Source of the DNA: Candidatus Brocadiia bacterium | Lineage (GTDB): Bacteria > Planctomycetota > Brocadiia > SM23-32 | Direction: 5' to 3' | DNA length: 26,818 bases | NCBI GenBank assembly: GCA_046538485.1 | Contig: JBKHIT010000063.1 | Span: 1 to 26,818, forward strand | Shown here: positions 18,783 through 26,818 of the stretch, in pieces | Layout of the letters: each line of letters begins with the position of its first letter | Numbering within the stretch: position 1 is the first letter of the stretch | The notes under the pieces: generated by a model | The model's database searches: none | What the model saw: the letters and a program-made list of their open reading frames with translations, nothing else | Told to the model about the DNA's origin: nothing | Translations under genes and position numbers: made by a program

Positions 18783-20246
18783 CTATTCGCTCAGGTTCAA
18801 TGCCGGACGCGCTTGGGTAGCCGGATACGGTTGAGGGCCGGGATGGTTGGGTATGTGATCACCAAGCTGTTCACGCATCTGCTGGACCCGCCCTTCCAAT
18901 TCCTCCACCTTCTGGGGGTGTTGCTCGGCCAGATCTGTGGATTCGCCGATATCCTCTTGCAGATTGAAAAGTTTCGCATCGTGTTCGACCACAAGTTCCC
19001 CATCGTTATTATACTCAGGTCGCGCCGCCATCAGCTTCCATTCGTCGCTCCGAACGCCTCTCAATCGTCTTTCACGGTAGTAGTAAAAAGCGTCATAGGG
19101 GGATTGGGCCTGCTTCGGTTGTTGAAGCAAAGGCATCATATCGTGGCCGTCGATGGGATGGTCGGGCAACCCCGCCTCCAGCATACCCGCAAAGGTAGGC
19201 AAAAAATCCATGGCCGTGACCACTTCGCTGGAGACGCTGCCCGCGGGAATCACCCCCGGCCAGCGAAGGACGCAAGGAACGCGGAACCCGCCTTCATAGG
19301 GCGTGTTTTTTCTTCCCCGCAACGGGCCGGCACAGCCGCCTTCAAAACGGGGACGCTGGTATTGCACCGCGGGACCGTTATCCGAGGTGAAAACCACTAA
19401 AGTGTTATCCTCAATACCCAATTCCTTCAATGTATCCAGGATCTTACCGGTTGACCAATCCAGCTCCGCCACAACATCACCGTAAGGTCCACGTTGGCTG
19501 ACTCCCTCCCAGCGCTCGGGAGGTTTGAGTTCAAGGTGAGGCATAGGGTGGGGCAAATAGGCGAAAAACGGATTGTCCTCACTCTGACGGATAAAATCAA
19601 CCGTAGCCTCGGTAAACAGCCTGGTCATCGTCGAGAAATCATCCAGTCCGTGCAGCTGGTCCACCTCCTCATGATCGCGCAAAACCGGCACGTATTCGGG
19701 CCAGTCCGGATTCTCCGTCCAGTTACCACCCCAGGGTGCGCCCCGATACATGTCGTGGCTGTAGGGGGTATAAAGCGACTCGTCAAAACCGTGGTTCGGC
19801 GGCCGATGAGGTTCGTGATGGCCAAGATGCCACTTGCCAAAACATGCGGTGCGGTAACCTTGCACCTGAAACATGTCGCCAAGCGTCATTTCATCGGGGT
19901 TCAGACCGCGATTATCATGCGGATGCACAACACCGGGCATTCCCACACGTTGTGGATAACAGCCAGTCAAGAGCGATGCCCGCGCCGGTGTGCAGACCGG
20001 GGCCGCCACGTAGAAGTCCGTCAGTTTCAGCCCCTCGCTAGCCATTTGGTCAATCCGAGGTGTCGGAATATCCTCCGCCCCGTAACAGCCCAGATCACCA
20101 TACCCCAAATCGTCGGTAAAGATGAGAACAACGTTGGGCGGTCGCCGAGAAGTATCGCCCGCACTCACGAACCGCGGACCAATCGCTGTCGTAAGACCCG
20201 CGGCAAACATTGATTTCATGAAGTCTCTTCGATGCATGACTCTCAT
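18783..20246 (-). CDS. Tat-exported Cys-type sulfatase (arylsulfatase A/GALNS-like)
   Basis: HRRDFMK twin-arginine signal; PPNVVLIFTDDLGYGD, CTPARASLLTG, GKWHLG, FTSDNGP, YEGGFRVPCVLRWPG. Confidence 0.93.
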   Translation of the reverse strand: MRVMHRRDFMKSMFAAGLTTAIGPRFVSAGDTSRRPPNVVLIFTDDLGYGDLGCYGAEDIPTPRIDQMASEGLKLTDFYVAAPVCTPARASLLTGCYPQRVGMPGVVHPHDNRGLNPDEMTLGDMFQVQGYRTACFGKWHLGHHEPHRPPNHGFDESLYTPYSHDMYRGAPWGGNWTENPDWPEYVPVLRDHEEVDQLHGLDDFSTMTRLFTEATVDFIRQSEDNPFFAYLPHPMPHLELKPPERWEGVSQRGPYGDVVAELDWSTGKILDTLKELGIEDNTLVVFTSDNGPAVQYQRPRFEGGCAGPLRGRKNTPYEGGFRVPCVLRWPGVIPAGSVSSEVVTAMDFLPTFAGMLEAGLPDHPIDGHDMMPLLQQPKQAQSPYDAFYYYRERRLRGVRSDEWKLMAARPEYNNDGELVVEHDAKLFNLQEDIGESTDLAEQHPQKVEELEGRVQQMREQLGDHIPNHPGPQPYPATQARPALNLSE

Positions 20247-20327
20247 TTCAAAAAGTTATACTTGTGTCAGCCCGCTTTTCTTCACAGCCTCCATTTGAGA
20301 AAATCAGGGTAAAAGTTCCAAAACACA

Positions 20328-21254
20328 TCAATCGAGAAAGCCCATCAGCGGTCCCGAAGGCCCCCCATCGTTATAAGTCACCTTCCAGAAGGGATTGGAG
20401 TACCACGAACACCACCTGTTATCGATGTCTCTGATAAACCGGTGACCAGTTTTAATTGAGTAGTGGATAAATGCTGGTTCCATGAAAGGACGTGACTGAA
20501 ACGATTGCTCGTTTGGATCCTGCCATTGCCAGTTAGCATGATCCATGTCTGAGGCCCAACAATCCCAAGACCCATCATACCCCCCTCCCTTCCATTCAAG
20601 CCATTGGGCGTTTCCAGCGAGGGCCACGCTATTACCCCCGGCCGGTTGTCCCTCCGTTGCATCCCAGTGATTCGTTTGCTGCTGCCCCGCGAAATTGAAG
20701 GTGGGTTCCAACGGAACCACAATATCATGAAACACCTGCGTTTGCCCCCCGTGTTTTACGCCCGCCAACTGATGTCGGCGCACGTAGTACCTAGCACTGA
20801 CATCGTTAACCCAGGGAACCGAACCGAAATTGCTATATGTAGATACCCACTGATTGCTGTTGATGTCCTTCCATTCCTCATCCTGCACGACAGTGTGATT
20901 CTTCCCATAGTCCCGATCGTATTTGCTGGGGCAGGCCAACAGATCCAAGCTCCCGCCCTCCCCCGCGTATCCATCTTTAAAAAGAGCCTTCTGCGAATAG
21001 CCAAACAGACCCCAGTAATTGGGACGATCCAGGGGTCCTGACTGAACCATAATTCCATCATAGTCCATAGCGTACATCTCGCCTGCGAGGTGGAGCTGCT
21101 TTAGGTTACTCAGGCACGTCACCCTCCGTGCCTGCTCCCTCGCCGCCTCAAGCGCCGGCATCAGCATCGCCGCCAGGATGGCGATGATGGCGATCACCAC
21201 CAGCAGTTCTATGAGGGTGAAACCCAACACCTTCTCCAGCCTGTTCTTACGCAT
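20328..21254 (-). CDS. Prepilin-type N-terminal cleavage/methylation domain protein, DUF1559-like
   Basis: [51 protein letters not shown]...[13 protein letters not shown] (degenerate H-X9-DG region); GAGGAGG SD. Confidence 0.9.
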   Translation of the reverse strand: MRKNRLEKVLGFTLIELLVVIAIIAILAAMLMPALEAAREQARRVTCLSNLKQLHLAGEMYAMDYDGIMVQSGPLDRPNYWGLFGYSQKALFKDGYAGEGGSLDLLACPSKYDRDYGKNHTVVQDEEWKDINSNQWVSTYSNFGSVPWVNDVSARYYVRRHQLAGVKHGGQTQVFHDIVVPLEPTFNFAGQQQTNHWDATEGQPAGGNSVALAGNAQWLEWKGGGYDGSWDCWASDMDHANWQWQDPNEQSFQSRPFMEPAFIHYSIKTGHRFIRDIDNRWCSWYSNPFWKVTYNDGGPSGPLMGFLD

Positions 21255-21320
21255 CGTTCCGCCTCCTCGTGAAAAAAACGACCTCTGTGCGCGTATTCTG
21301 AACCATTTTTTTATCGGTCC

Positions 21321-22529
21321 TCATCGATCACTCGCATGTCCACTCGTCTCTGACTGGCGCATCACGACCAGTTCCGGCTCCACCGTCCATTGCTGCGGCT
21401 CGGCAGGCAGCTGACCGGTCGCCCTCTTTTCCAGCAACTCCACCAGGCATTCACCGATCTCCAGGTTGCCCTTGTCCATGGTCGCCGCCGGCGGGGTGGA
21501 CTCAAACTTCCGTTCCGGCAGGTCTTTCCAGTAGTTGTCATACCCCACCACCAGCACGTCTTCCTGCGGTTCTTTGCCCAGGAGCCGAGAGGCCCTGCAG
21601 AGGGTCGGCACATCTCCATCGGATGCCGCCATCAGCGCATCCACCCGATGCTCTCCCGACAGCTGGTCCGCCAGATAACCGGCGTAAAGACGGCTCTCCA
21701 CCTCAAATCGCTCTCGCCTTCCTTCCACCTCCTCCGTCAGGGAGGCCGCTCCGGGGATCGAGAGCTCAGGCAAGGGAGCTTCTCCGGCCTCTCGCAGGGC
21801 CTTCTCATACCCGGACGCCCGCTCGATGAGCCACCGGCGTTCTCCCGTCCTTTGCGTCTGCGTCGACCAGACCGGCAGTATCCGGCGGCACCCCTGCCCC
21901 AACAACCACCGGGTCAGCTCGTAACATCCCGTCTCGTGGTCGGAGGTTACACGGTCCACCTCCGGTATCGTTCCATTGTCTCCATAAATCGTGACCGGCA
22001 CCCCGGCCTCTTTCAGTCGGAGCAGGGTTCTGGAGCCGCGGTCGCTCTGCATAAACTCTTTCAGCGCAATCACGCCCCGGGGGCGGTGGCCGAGAAGGTA
22101 GTCTCCACCTTCCTCCACAACGCGTTTTGCACTCATAGTCAGCGCATGCAACTCGTTCTGTCCCAGCTCATGCATGACACCCTGGTAGATATAATCCTCC
22201 CAGCCGGTGGTCTGGCCCGAATGGATACTCAGCCCCTCCGGGCTCGAGGCCAGCACCGCGACCGTATCACTCATAACTGACCTCACGTTCGTGACGGCCC
22301 GGGAGGTCACTACCTTTCTGCCAGCATCATCCGACTCTATCAGCCCGTCATTTTCCAGATTTTCCAGAACGCTTCGGATAGTCGTGCGGGAAACGCCGAT
22401 CCGCCTGGCCAACTCACGCTCGGACGGAAGACGTTTTCCTTCGCCGTAGACCTCAAGCCCTATCCAGTCGCAGATCACCCTTTCGGCCTGCCCGCTGGCT
22501 GTCTCCTGTGTGGTAAGCTCTACCATCAT
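21321..22529 (-). CDS. GntR-family winged-helix regulator with LacI/periplasmic-binding-protein-like sensor domain
   Basis: GKRLPSERELARRIGVSRTTIRSVLENL HTH; VTSDHETG, LLGQGCRRI, DALMAASD and PQEDVLVVGYDN are LacI-type effector-domain motifs; GAGAGGG SD before ATG 22529. Confidence 0.92.
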   Translation of the reverse strand: MMVELTTQETASGQAERVICDWIGLEVYGEGKRLPSERELARRIGVSRTTIRSVLENLENDGLIESDDAGRKVVTSRAVTNVRSVMSDTVAVLASSPEGLSIHSGQTTGWEDYIYQGVMHELGQNELHALTMSAKRVVEEGGDYLLGHRPRGVIALKEFMQSDRGSRTLLRLKEAGVPVTIYGDNGTIPEVDRVTSDHETGCYELTRWLLGQGCRRILPVWSTQTQRTGERRWLIERASGYEKALREAGEAPLPELSIPGAASLTEEVEGRRERFEVESRLYAGYLADQLSGEHRVDALMAASDGDVPTLCRASRLLGKEPQEDVLVVGYDNYWKDLPERKFESTPPAATMDKGNLEIGECLVELLEKRATGQLPAEPQQWTVEPELVVMRQSETSGHASDR

Positions 22530-22585
22530 GAACCCTCTCGCAACCAAATGTACCACTCCAACACCAGAAACTCTTCCTCAAGACC

Positions 22586-22614
22586 ACCATAACACCACAC
22601 GTTCCGGGCGTCAA
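22586..22614 (-). promoter_or_regulatory. Putative sigma70 promoter of the regulator/locus
   Basis: Minus strand TTGACG (22614-22609), 17-nt spacer, TATGGT (22591-22586), with an extended TGn element; ~55 nt upstream of ATG 22529. Confidence 0.55.
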
Positions 22615-22738
22615 GTCAGGTGGCTGGTCTCTAATTGGGCCAGGTCCCGGCGCGTGGCCAAGCGGTCCCGCGGGTTCGGGAAGGGTGGGATGGTCGGGCA
22701 CGGCAGGTGAAGCTTTGGATTGCGGCCGGACATGCCCA

Positions 22739-22760
22739 AGTGTCAACCTTATTTGACACT
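22739..22760. promoter_or_regulatory. Palindrome AGTGTCAA-N6-TTGACACT (operator or IS-end relic)
   Basis: Perfect 8-bp inverted repeat with a 6-bp spacer, between the IS630 fragment and the regulator promoter. Confidence 0.4.
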
Positions 22761-22848
22761 GAGGTGTCTCAGTGCGAAATACGGTTACGGTTGAGCGTCC
22801 CTATTGGATCCGGACGATACAGAACCTCTGGGAGCGGGGATCAACCCG

Positions 22849-23241
22849 CTACCGGTGATGCAGGGAGACGCCCGTTTTTTCTTCCATATGGCGGGCGAGC
22901 AGTTGCAGAGTCCATCGATTAAAATCGTAGTTCAACTCTCGAGGAGGGGTCTGGACTGTTTGTCCCAGCAATTCTCTGTAGTGCTCGTCGGCCTTGGGCG
23001 GTCGGCCGGACCGGGAGGCAGTGCGCAGCCCCTCCAGACCCTCTTTTTCATACCAGTCGATCCACTTTCTTATCGTGTCACGCTGCACATCAATAACCTC
23101 GGCGATTTCTGGCACACTCCAGTCCTTTCCACTCAACCAGATCGCCCGCACGCGCCGAACCTCTTTTGCTTTCTGCCAGCTTTTCAGAGTTCGATTGAGT
23201 TCCCCGCGCTCCGCTTCGCTCAGATCATGCACATACTTCAT
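22849..23241 (-). pseudogene. IS630-family transposase, N-terminal HTH/winged-HTH fragment
   Basis: RVRAIWLS...SVPEIAEVI...DTIRKWIDWYEKEGLEGL...RSGRPPK...RWTLQLLARHMEEKTGVSL; GGAGGG SD; ends before the catalytic domain. Confidence 0.82.
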
Positions 23242-23339
23242 GAGATTTCCCTCCGCATCCGGAATACTGATTCTTTACCCATGAAAGTCGATCGCGGAGG
23301 CGAAAATCAAACTCATACGCACTTACCTGAAACCGCTTA
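22849..23339 (-). mobile_element. Truncated IS630-family element (left end + N-terminal HTH part of transposase)
   Basis: The end begins TA|AGCGGTTTCAGG at 23339 (TA target typical of IS630); the same 53 bp recurs inverted at 26766-26818; no DDE domain or right end is visible. Confidence 0.8.
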
Positions 23340-23586
23340 AAAGTGCAATCTCCACCTCTTTTTTACCCAACAGTCGTTCCAGCTGAGATACCTTTTTCTC
23401 ATACTCAGCAATTGTCCCATCCTTCTGAAAAATCTCCGCACCGTTTTTCTTGAAAGTCTCCTCCCAGTTTCGCACCGTGTTCGGATGCACACCGTAGGCT
23501 CTTGCAATTTGCGCCACCGACTTTGCCGACTCCAACAACTCCTTTACAACCTGGAATTTCAGTTTCGGCGAATACCTCTTTGCCAT
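23323..23586 (-). pseudogene. IS3-family orfA (HTH_Tnp_1-like), C-terminus replaced by IS630 sequence
   Basis: GAGGAGG SD; MAKRYSPKLKFQVVKELLESAKSVAQIARAYGVHPNTVRNW...LERLLGKKEVEIALL, with the final SGFR* read from the IS630 end. Confidence 0.8.
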
Positions 23587-23690
23587 CTTTTCCTCCTCGA
23601 AACATCTTCTGAAATACTCCATTAATCTAAACTCCGAGAAGGCCCCATTTCCACAATACCCCCGTGTCCAACCTTTCGGGCAAAGCGCCA
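23340..23690 (-). mobile_element. IS3-family remnant (left terminal repeat + orfA), interrupted by IS630
   Basis: IRL-like TGGCGCTTTGCCCGAAAGGTTGGACAC starting at 23690; orfA follows; no orfB in the window. Confidence 0.7.
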
Positions 23691-23742
23691 ATTCGATTCG
23701 CAATTTCACTAATACTTTTCTCATAAAAATCCATCATTGGCC

Positions 23743-23952
23743 CTATTCCTCCCCCCTGGCCCCCACGTATCGCAAAGTCGACACGATTGCCCGGCGGAGG
23801 CTCTCGCTGGTTTCTGGATCGGCCCCTGCCCCATACAGGACTGATAATATCCTCCCCGTGCAGATTCCTTCCATAGCGGGGGCAAGCAACTGATAATACG
23901 CAAATTCGCGCAAGGCTTGCGGAAGTTCCTCCTCTTTCAAAGCATAAATCAC
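23743..23952 (-). CDS. Small hypothetical protein (possibly phage/ICE-derived)
   Basis: 69-aa protein-like ORF whose 3' end contains a GGAGG SD for a following ATG (23737) that is cut by the IS3 end; no recognisable motif. Confidence 0.3.
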   Translation of the reverse strand: MIYALKEEELPQALREFAYYQLLAPAMEGICTGRILSVLYGAGADPETSESLRRAIVSTLRYVGARGEE

Positions 23953-24325
23953 CAGCCGAATCGTGTAACTCTGCCGCTTTAAGGGGCCTCTCAGAGGGCT
24001 TAGAAGCGATTTTCACCCCCCTTAAATCAACTGTAAGGCGGCGATACCTCCTGTGCGCGCCATGTGCTCTCCTCGTCCTTCTCCACCGGGGCGAGTTCAA
24101 TGCGCCGCCGACCGAGCCGGCCTGTCTCATGGCGGAAATCATAGGGGCATTTTACCGCCTGGAGAGCGGATTTTAAAGAATTACTGCGGCGGAACGGACA
24201 AGATGACACGGGAATAAACGTTTGATGCCAGGTCAGCGGAGATCATTTGCCGGCGGCAACGAGTAGTCGGGAATGGGGGAACTCGCAAATTATCCATTTT
24301 TGGCCTACTTTATGTTCTGCCGCTC

Positions 24326-25570
24326 CTATTCCTTTGCTCCCCGTGCTCTCAGGAATTTCACCATATCGTCCTGACGCCACCTTTTGGCCAGTTTAGTGGG
24401 CGTGCGTCCATCGTTGGTCTCAGCGTTTATCTTAGCTCCCCTTTTCAAAAGCAGCTTCGCCACACGTTCCATACCCCACCTCGCCGCCCAGTGAATCGCC
24501 ATCCACCCGTCCTTGTCTTTGGCGTTAACGTCAGCACCGTGCTTCAGCAACAGCGGCGCTGTCTCAGGAGCTGCAAACATCACTGAGGCCACCAACAATG
24601 GCGTGTAACCATCCTGAGTACGAGCATCTACATCAGCACCTCTGTCCAGCAGCAACTTCGTGATCTGAGCTTCTCCCTCTGCGGTAGCCCAATGGAGCGC
24701 TGTCCATTTACGATTGGACTTTGAGTTTACGGAAACGCCGCGTTTGAGCATTTTTGCGACCAGCATCCGGTGCCGCCCTTGCACGGCCACGTGCAGACAG
24801 TTCCAGCCCGCTTTCGTTTTCTTTGTCGGATCGAGATCCAGGCTCAGGAGCTCATCCACGATCCTGCCTTCCCCCGCAGCCACAGCATGGTGCAGAGCTG
24901 TCCACCCCGAGTTGTCGGTGGCCTGGAGTTCTACCCCCTTCTTTCGCAGCAACTCTAACATGTCCTTTCGCCCTGCCCGCACCGCCCGGTGCAACAGCAC
25001 GCTACCACTGGGAGAAACGGTATCTGGATCGGCGCCAAGGCTCAAAAGCAACTTTATTGTGCGCCACCGTTGCTGCTCTGGATTTGTGCGGTGGCTTCCC
25101 CCGCTCAGGGCCTTTTGCAGTGGAGTACGCCCCTTCTTGTTCTCCCTTTGCACCTGAGCGCCGTTGCGAAGCAAAATACCACATACCTCCGGCTGACACC
25201 GGCCAGCAGCCCAGTGCAAAGGTGTGGCGCCGAACCCGTCGGCCGCATCCACCCTTGCACCTTTTTCCAGGAGCAACTTAACCATCTCCACCTGCCCGCT
25301 CTCGACCGCGTAGTGGAGCAGCGTGCGTCCGAACTCGTCGATGATGCTGTTGACATTCGCCCCCTCGGCTAAGCGTTTCCGCACAACCTCCTCATCGCCG
25401 TTTTTGACGGCTTCGCACAGACGCATATTCCACGCTCGAGCTCCTGCATCAGCCGCTTCTGGGCCCCGTTGTTCCCCCGCACGCCCTGCCTCCAGAAGTC
25501 GGAGGTACAGAACCGCACAGATGGCCAACGCGGCGAGACTCAGGAGGGCGGCAAAGCTTTTCCTTTTCAT
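24326..25570 (-). CDS. Ankyrin-repeat protein with N-terminal signal/anchor (~11 repeats); alternative start 25606
   Basis: MKRKSFAALLSLAALAICAVLYL, then repeated G.T.LH.A...G....V..LL..GA.VN units (GRTLLHYA, GATPLHWA, GWTALHHA, KWTALHWA, GYTPLLVA, GWMAIHWA). Confidence 0.93.
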   Translation of the reverse strand: MKRKSFAALLSLAALAICAVLYLRLLEAGRAGEQRGPEAADAGARAWNMRLCEAVKNGDEEVVRKRLAEGANVNSIIDEFGRTLLHYAVESGQVEMVKLLLEKGARVDAADGFGATPLHWAAGRCQPEVCGILLRNGAQVQRENKKGRTPLQKALSGGSHRTNPEQQRWRTIKLLLSLGADPDTVSPSGSVLLHRAVRAGRKDMLELLRKKGVELQATDNSGWTALHHAVAAGEGRIVDELLSLDLDPTKKTKAGWNCLHVAVQGRHRMLVAKMLKRGVSVNSKSNRKWTALHWATAEGEAQITKLLLDRGADVDARTQDGYTPLLVASVMFAAPETAPLLLKHGADVNAKDKDGWMAIHWAARWGMERVAKLLLKRGAKINAETNDGRTPTKLAKRWRQDDMVKFLRARGAKE

Positions 25571-25629
25571 AAATTCACCCGCGCCAAAGGGGACAGAACC
25601 CAGCATCGCAACCTCGCTGACCTGGGTCC

Positions 25630-26765
25630 TTATTTTCCCACATCTTCTGGCCTCCAAAACGTATCGCTGGGACGAAGGATGTCCAAAGTCCCCCAATCCT
25701 CCACTTTCTTGATGTTGTGGCCAAACAGGTAGTTGCGAGGTTGCCTCAGAAAGTAGCTTACAAGTCGGCCCCATTCGTCCTCGATTTTTTTGCGTTTTTC
25801 CACAAGAGCCTTTTGCTCAGCCGCAGGAGCTTTTTTTAAGGCGGACAGCGCGAAAGGGTGGAGGTTCATCCTACGGTATAGTTCCGCTATACGCAAAGCT
25901 TCCTGAGAGGACACATCGCCTTTTTCACCGGCCGGTCTATCCTGATTCTGTTGCCGAAGACACTCTTGCAATCCTTTCCTGGCTTGCTCTGCCAGTTTGT
26001 CGTCCCGATAGGCAGCTCGCAGGTATGCGTTAGCGGCAAGTTTATGGTGGTTCTGGGCCAGTTCAAGATGCGCAACTTCCAGCCATAGATCAGCCGTTTT
26101 AGGACGATGCGACCCCGGGCATTCATGGATAAAAGATAGCAGCGTCTCCACGGCCCTCGACGGCATCCCCGCGTCCCGGTAAAGCCGATTCAATTGGATT
26201 ACGTCTCGGGGTCGGAAATTCGGCACCCGCGGCCCGCCTATAATTAGTCGCACTCTGTCTCTTTTCCCATACGTTTTTTCATGCAGTCTCCCATCGCGTA
26301 GTGTACCCTCACAGCTAAGTGGAAGGAGACGCCCCAGCTCATCAGACCGGCGGTTATTGGCAGACACCGATTGCTGTCTGATGGTCGGTGCCACTAGCGC
26401 TCGCTGCAAATCTATCATCACCGGCACACCCTCGTCGGCCTTAATCGCGTCGCTCATGGCTGCATACGCCTTTTCAGGTCTGTTGGCCGCGGATTCCAAC
26501 AAGGCTTCGTACATCATGAATGGGGCCCCAAGTCTAGCAGGCCACACCTTCTCCATCACACGTAATTCCTGACGAATGGCCTGTTCGTCGACTGGTCGCC
26601 CCACGCGAAAACGATACGTGCTTTCCGACACGCGCGAGACGAGGTCTGTCGCCCTTTTCGCAAATTCGTTTGAATTTTCAGGGATACTTTTGTTCGCAAA
26701 CACTCCTGATACGCACAAAAATAGAGTACACACCCAAATTACATAGGCGCAAAAAAATTCTCCTC
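25630..26765 (-). CDS. Exported TPR-like/alpha-helical protein, 5' end clipped by IS630 insertion (track start GTG 26733)
   Basis: Helical TPR-like segments (LWLEVAHLELAQNHHKLAANAYLRAA, ALRIAELYRRMNLHPFALSAL). The frame extends upstream of 26733 through RGEFFCAYVIWVCTLFLCVSGVFA into the IS end without an ATG. Confidence 0.6.
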
Positions 26766-26818
26766 TAAGCGGTTTCAGGTAAGTGCGTATGAGTTTGATT
26801 TTCGCCTCCGCGATCGAC
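26766..26818 (+). mobile_element. Left end of a second copy of the IS630-family element, continuing beyond the window
   Basis: 53/53 identical to the reverse complement of 23287-23339; identity stops exactly at TA. Confidence 0.85.

Noticed and set aside
16885..18834. 649-aa plus-strand ORF
   Set aside because: Antisense shadow of P3; no motifs, and the equivalent antisense frames of P1/P2 are broken.
20256..20294. In-frame upstream mini-ORF MEAVKKSGLTQV* before the Tat sulfatase (possible nonsense or readthrough)
   Set aside because: No properly spaced SD, and the Tat signal is complete without it.
20328..21254. Type II secretion/type IV pilus operon
   Set aside because: Lone prepilin-like gene of DUF1559 type; no ATPase, platform or secretin gene nearby.
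23587..23724. N-terminal extension of IS3 orfA
   Set aside because: Crosses the IS3 terminal repeat; a strong SD precedes ATG 23586.
23627..24209. ORFs 23627-24142 and 24027-24209 as genes or a prophage
   Set aside because: Overlapping, without motifs, one crossing an IS end; no phage hallmark genes.
25607..25774. N-terminal extension of the ankyrin ORF
   Set aside because: Overlaps the TPR-like gene and precedes a clear signal/anchor sequence.

Overview
Bacterial window, almost entirely coding on the minus strand. Most likely PVC superphylum (Planctomycetota/Lentisphaerota-like), inferred from a DUF1559-type prepilin-like gene and several sulfatases; many D/E-rich proteins hint at a saline habitat. 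Positions ~985-22600 form a ~21.5 kb co-oriented glycan-utilisation-like locus. In transcription order: GntR/LacI-hybrid regulator, DUF1559 prepilin-like protein, Tat sulfatase, propeller paralog P3, alginate-lyase-fold protein, propeller P2, sulfatase-malectin, propeller P1, GH-A-like hydrolase with CBM9-like domain, Thr-type sulfatase-like protein, orphan signal-peptide ORF, CBM9-like protein. The most striking feature is three ~860-aa membrane-anchored beta-propeller paralogs strictly alternating with different glycan-degrading enzymes, with no recognisable transporter in the window. Positions ~22700-26818 are a nested IS region: a truncated IS630-type element inserted into an IS3 orfA, and a second inverted copy of the same IS630 end at the window edge. 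Together they bracket an ankyrin gene and a 5'-clipped TPR-like gene. Features absent from the ORF track include an IS256-like C-terminus and terminal repeat abutting the P3 stop, a REPIN-like inverted repeat at 587-893, and a frameshifted gene at the left edge. All family calls come from motif recognition by eye, not database searches.
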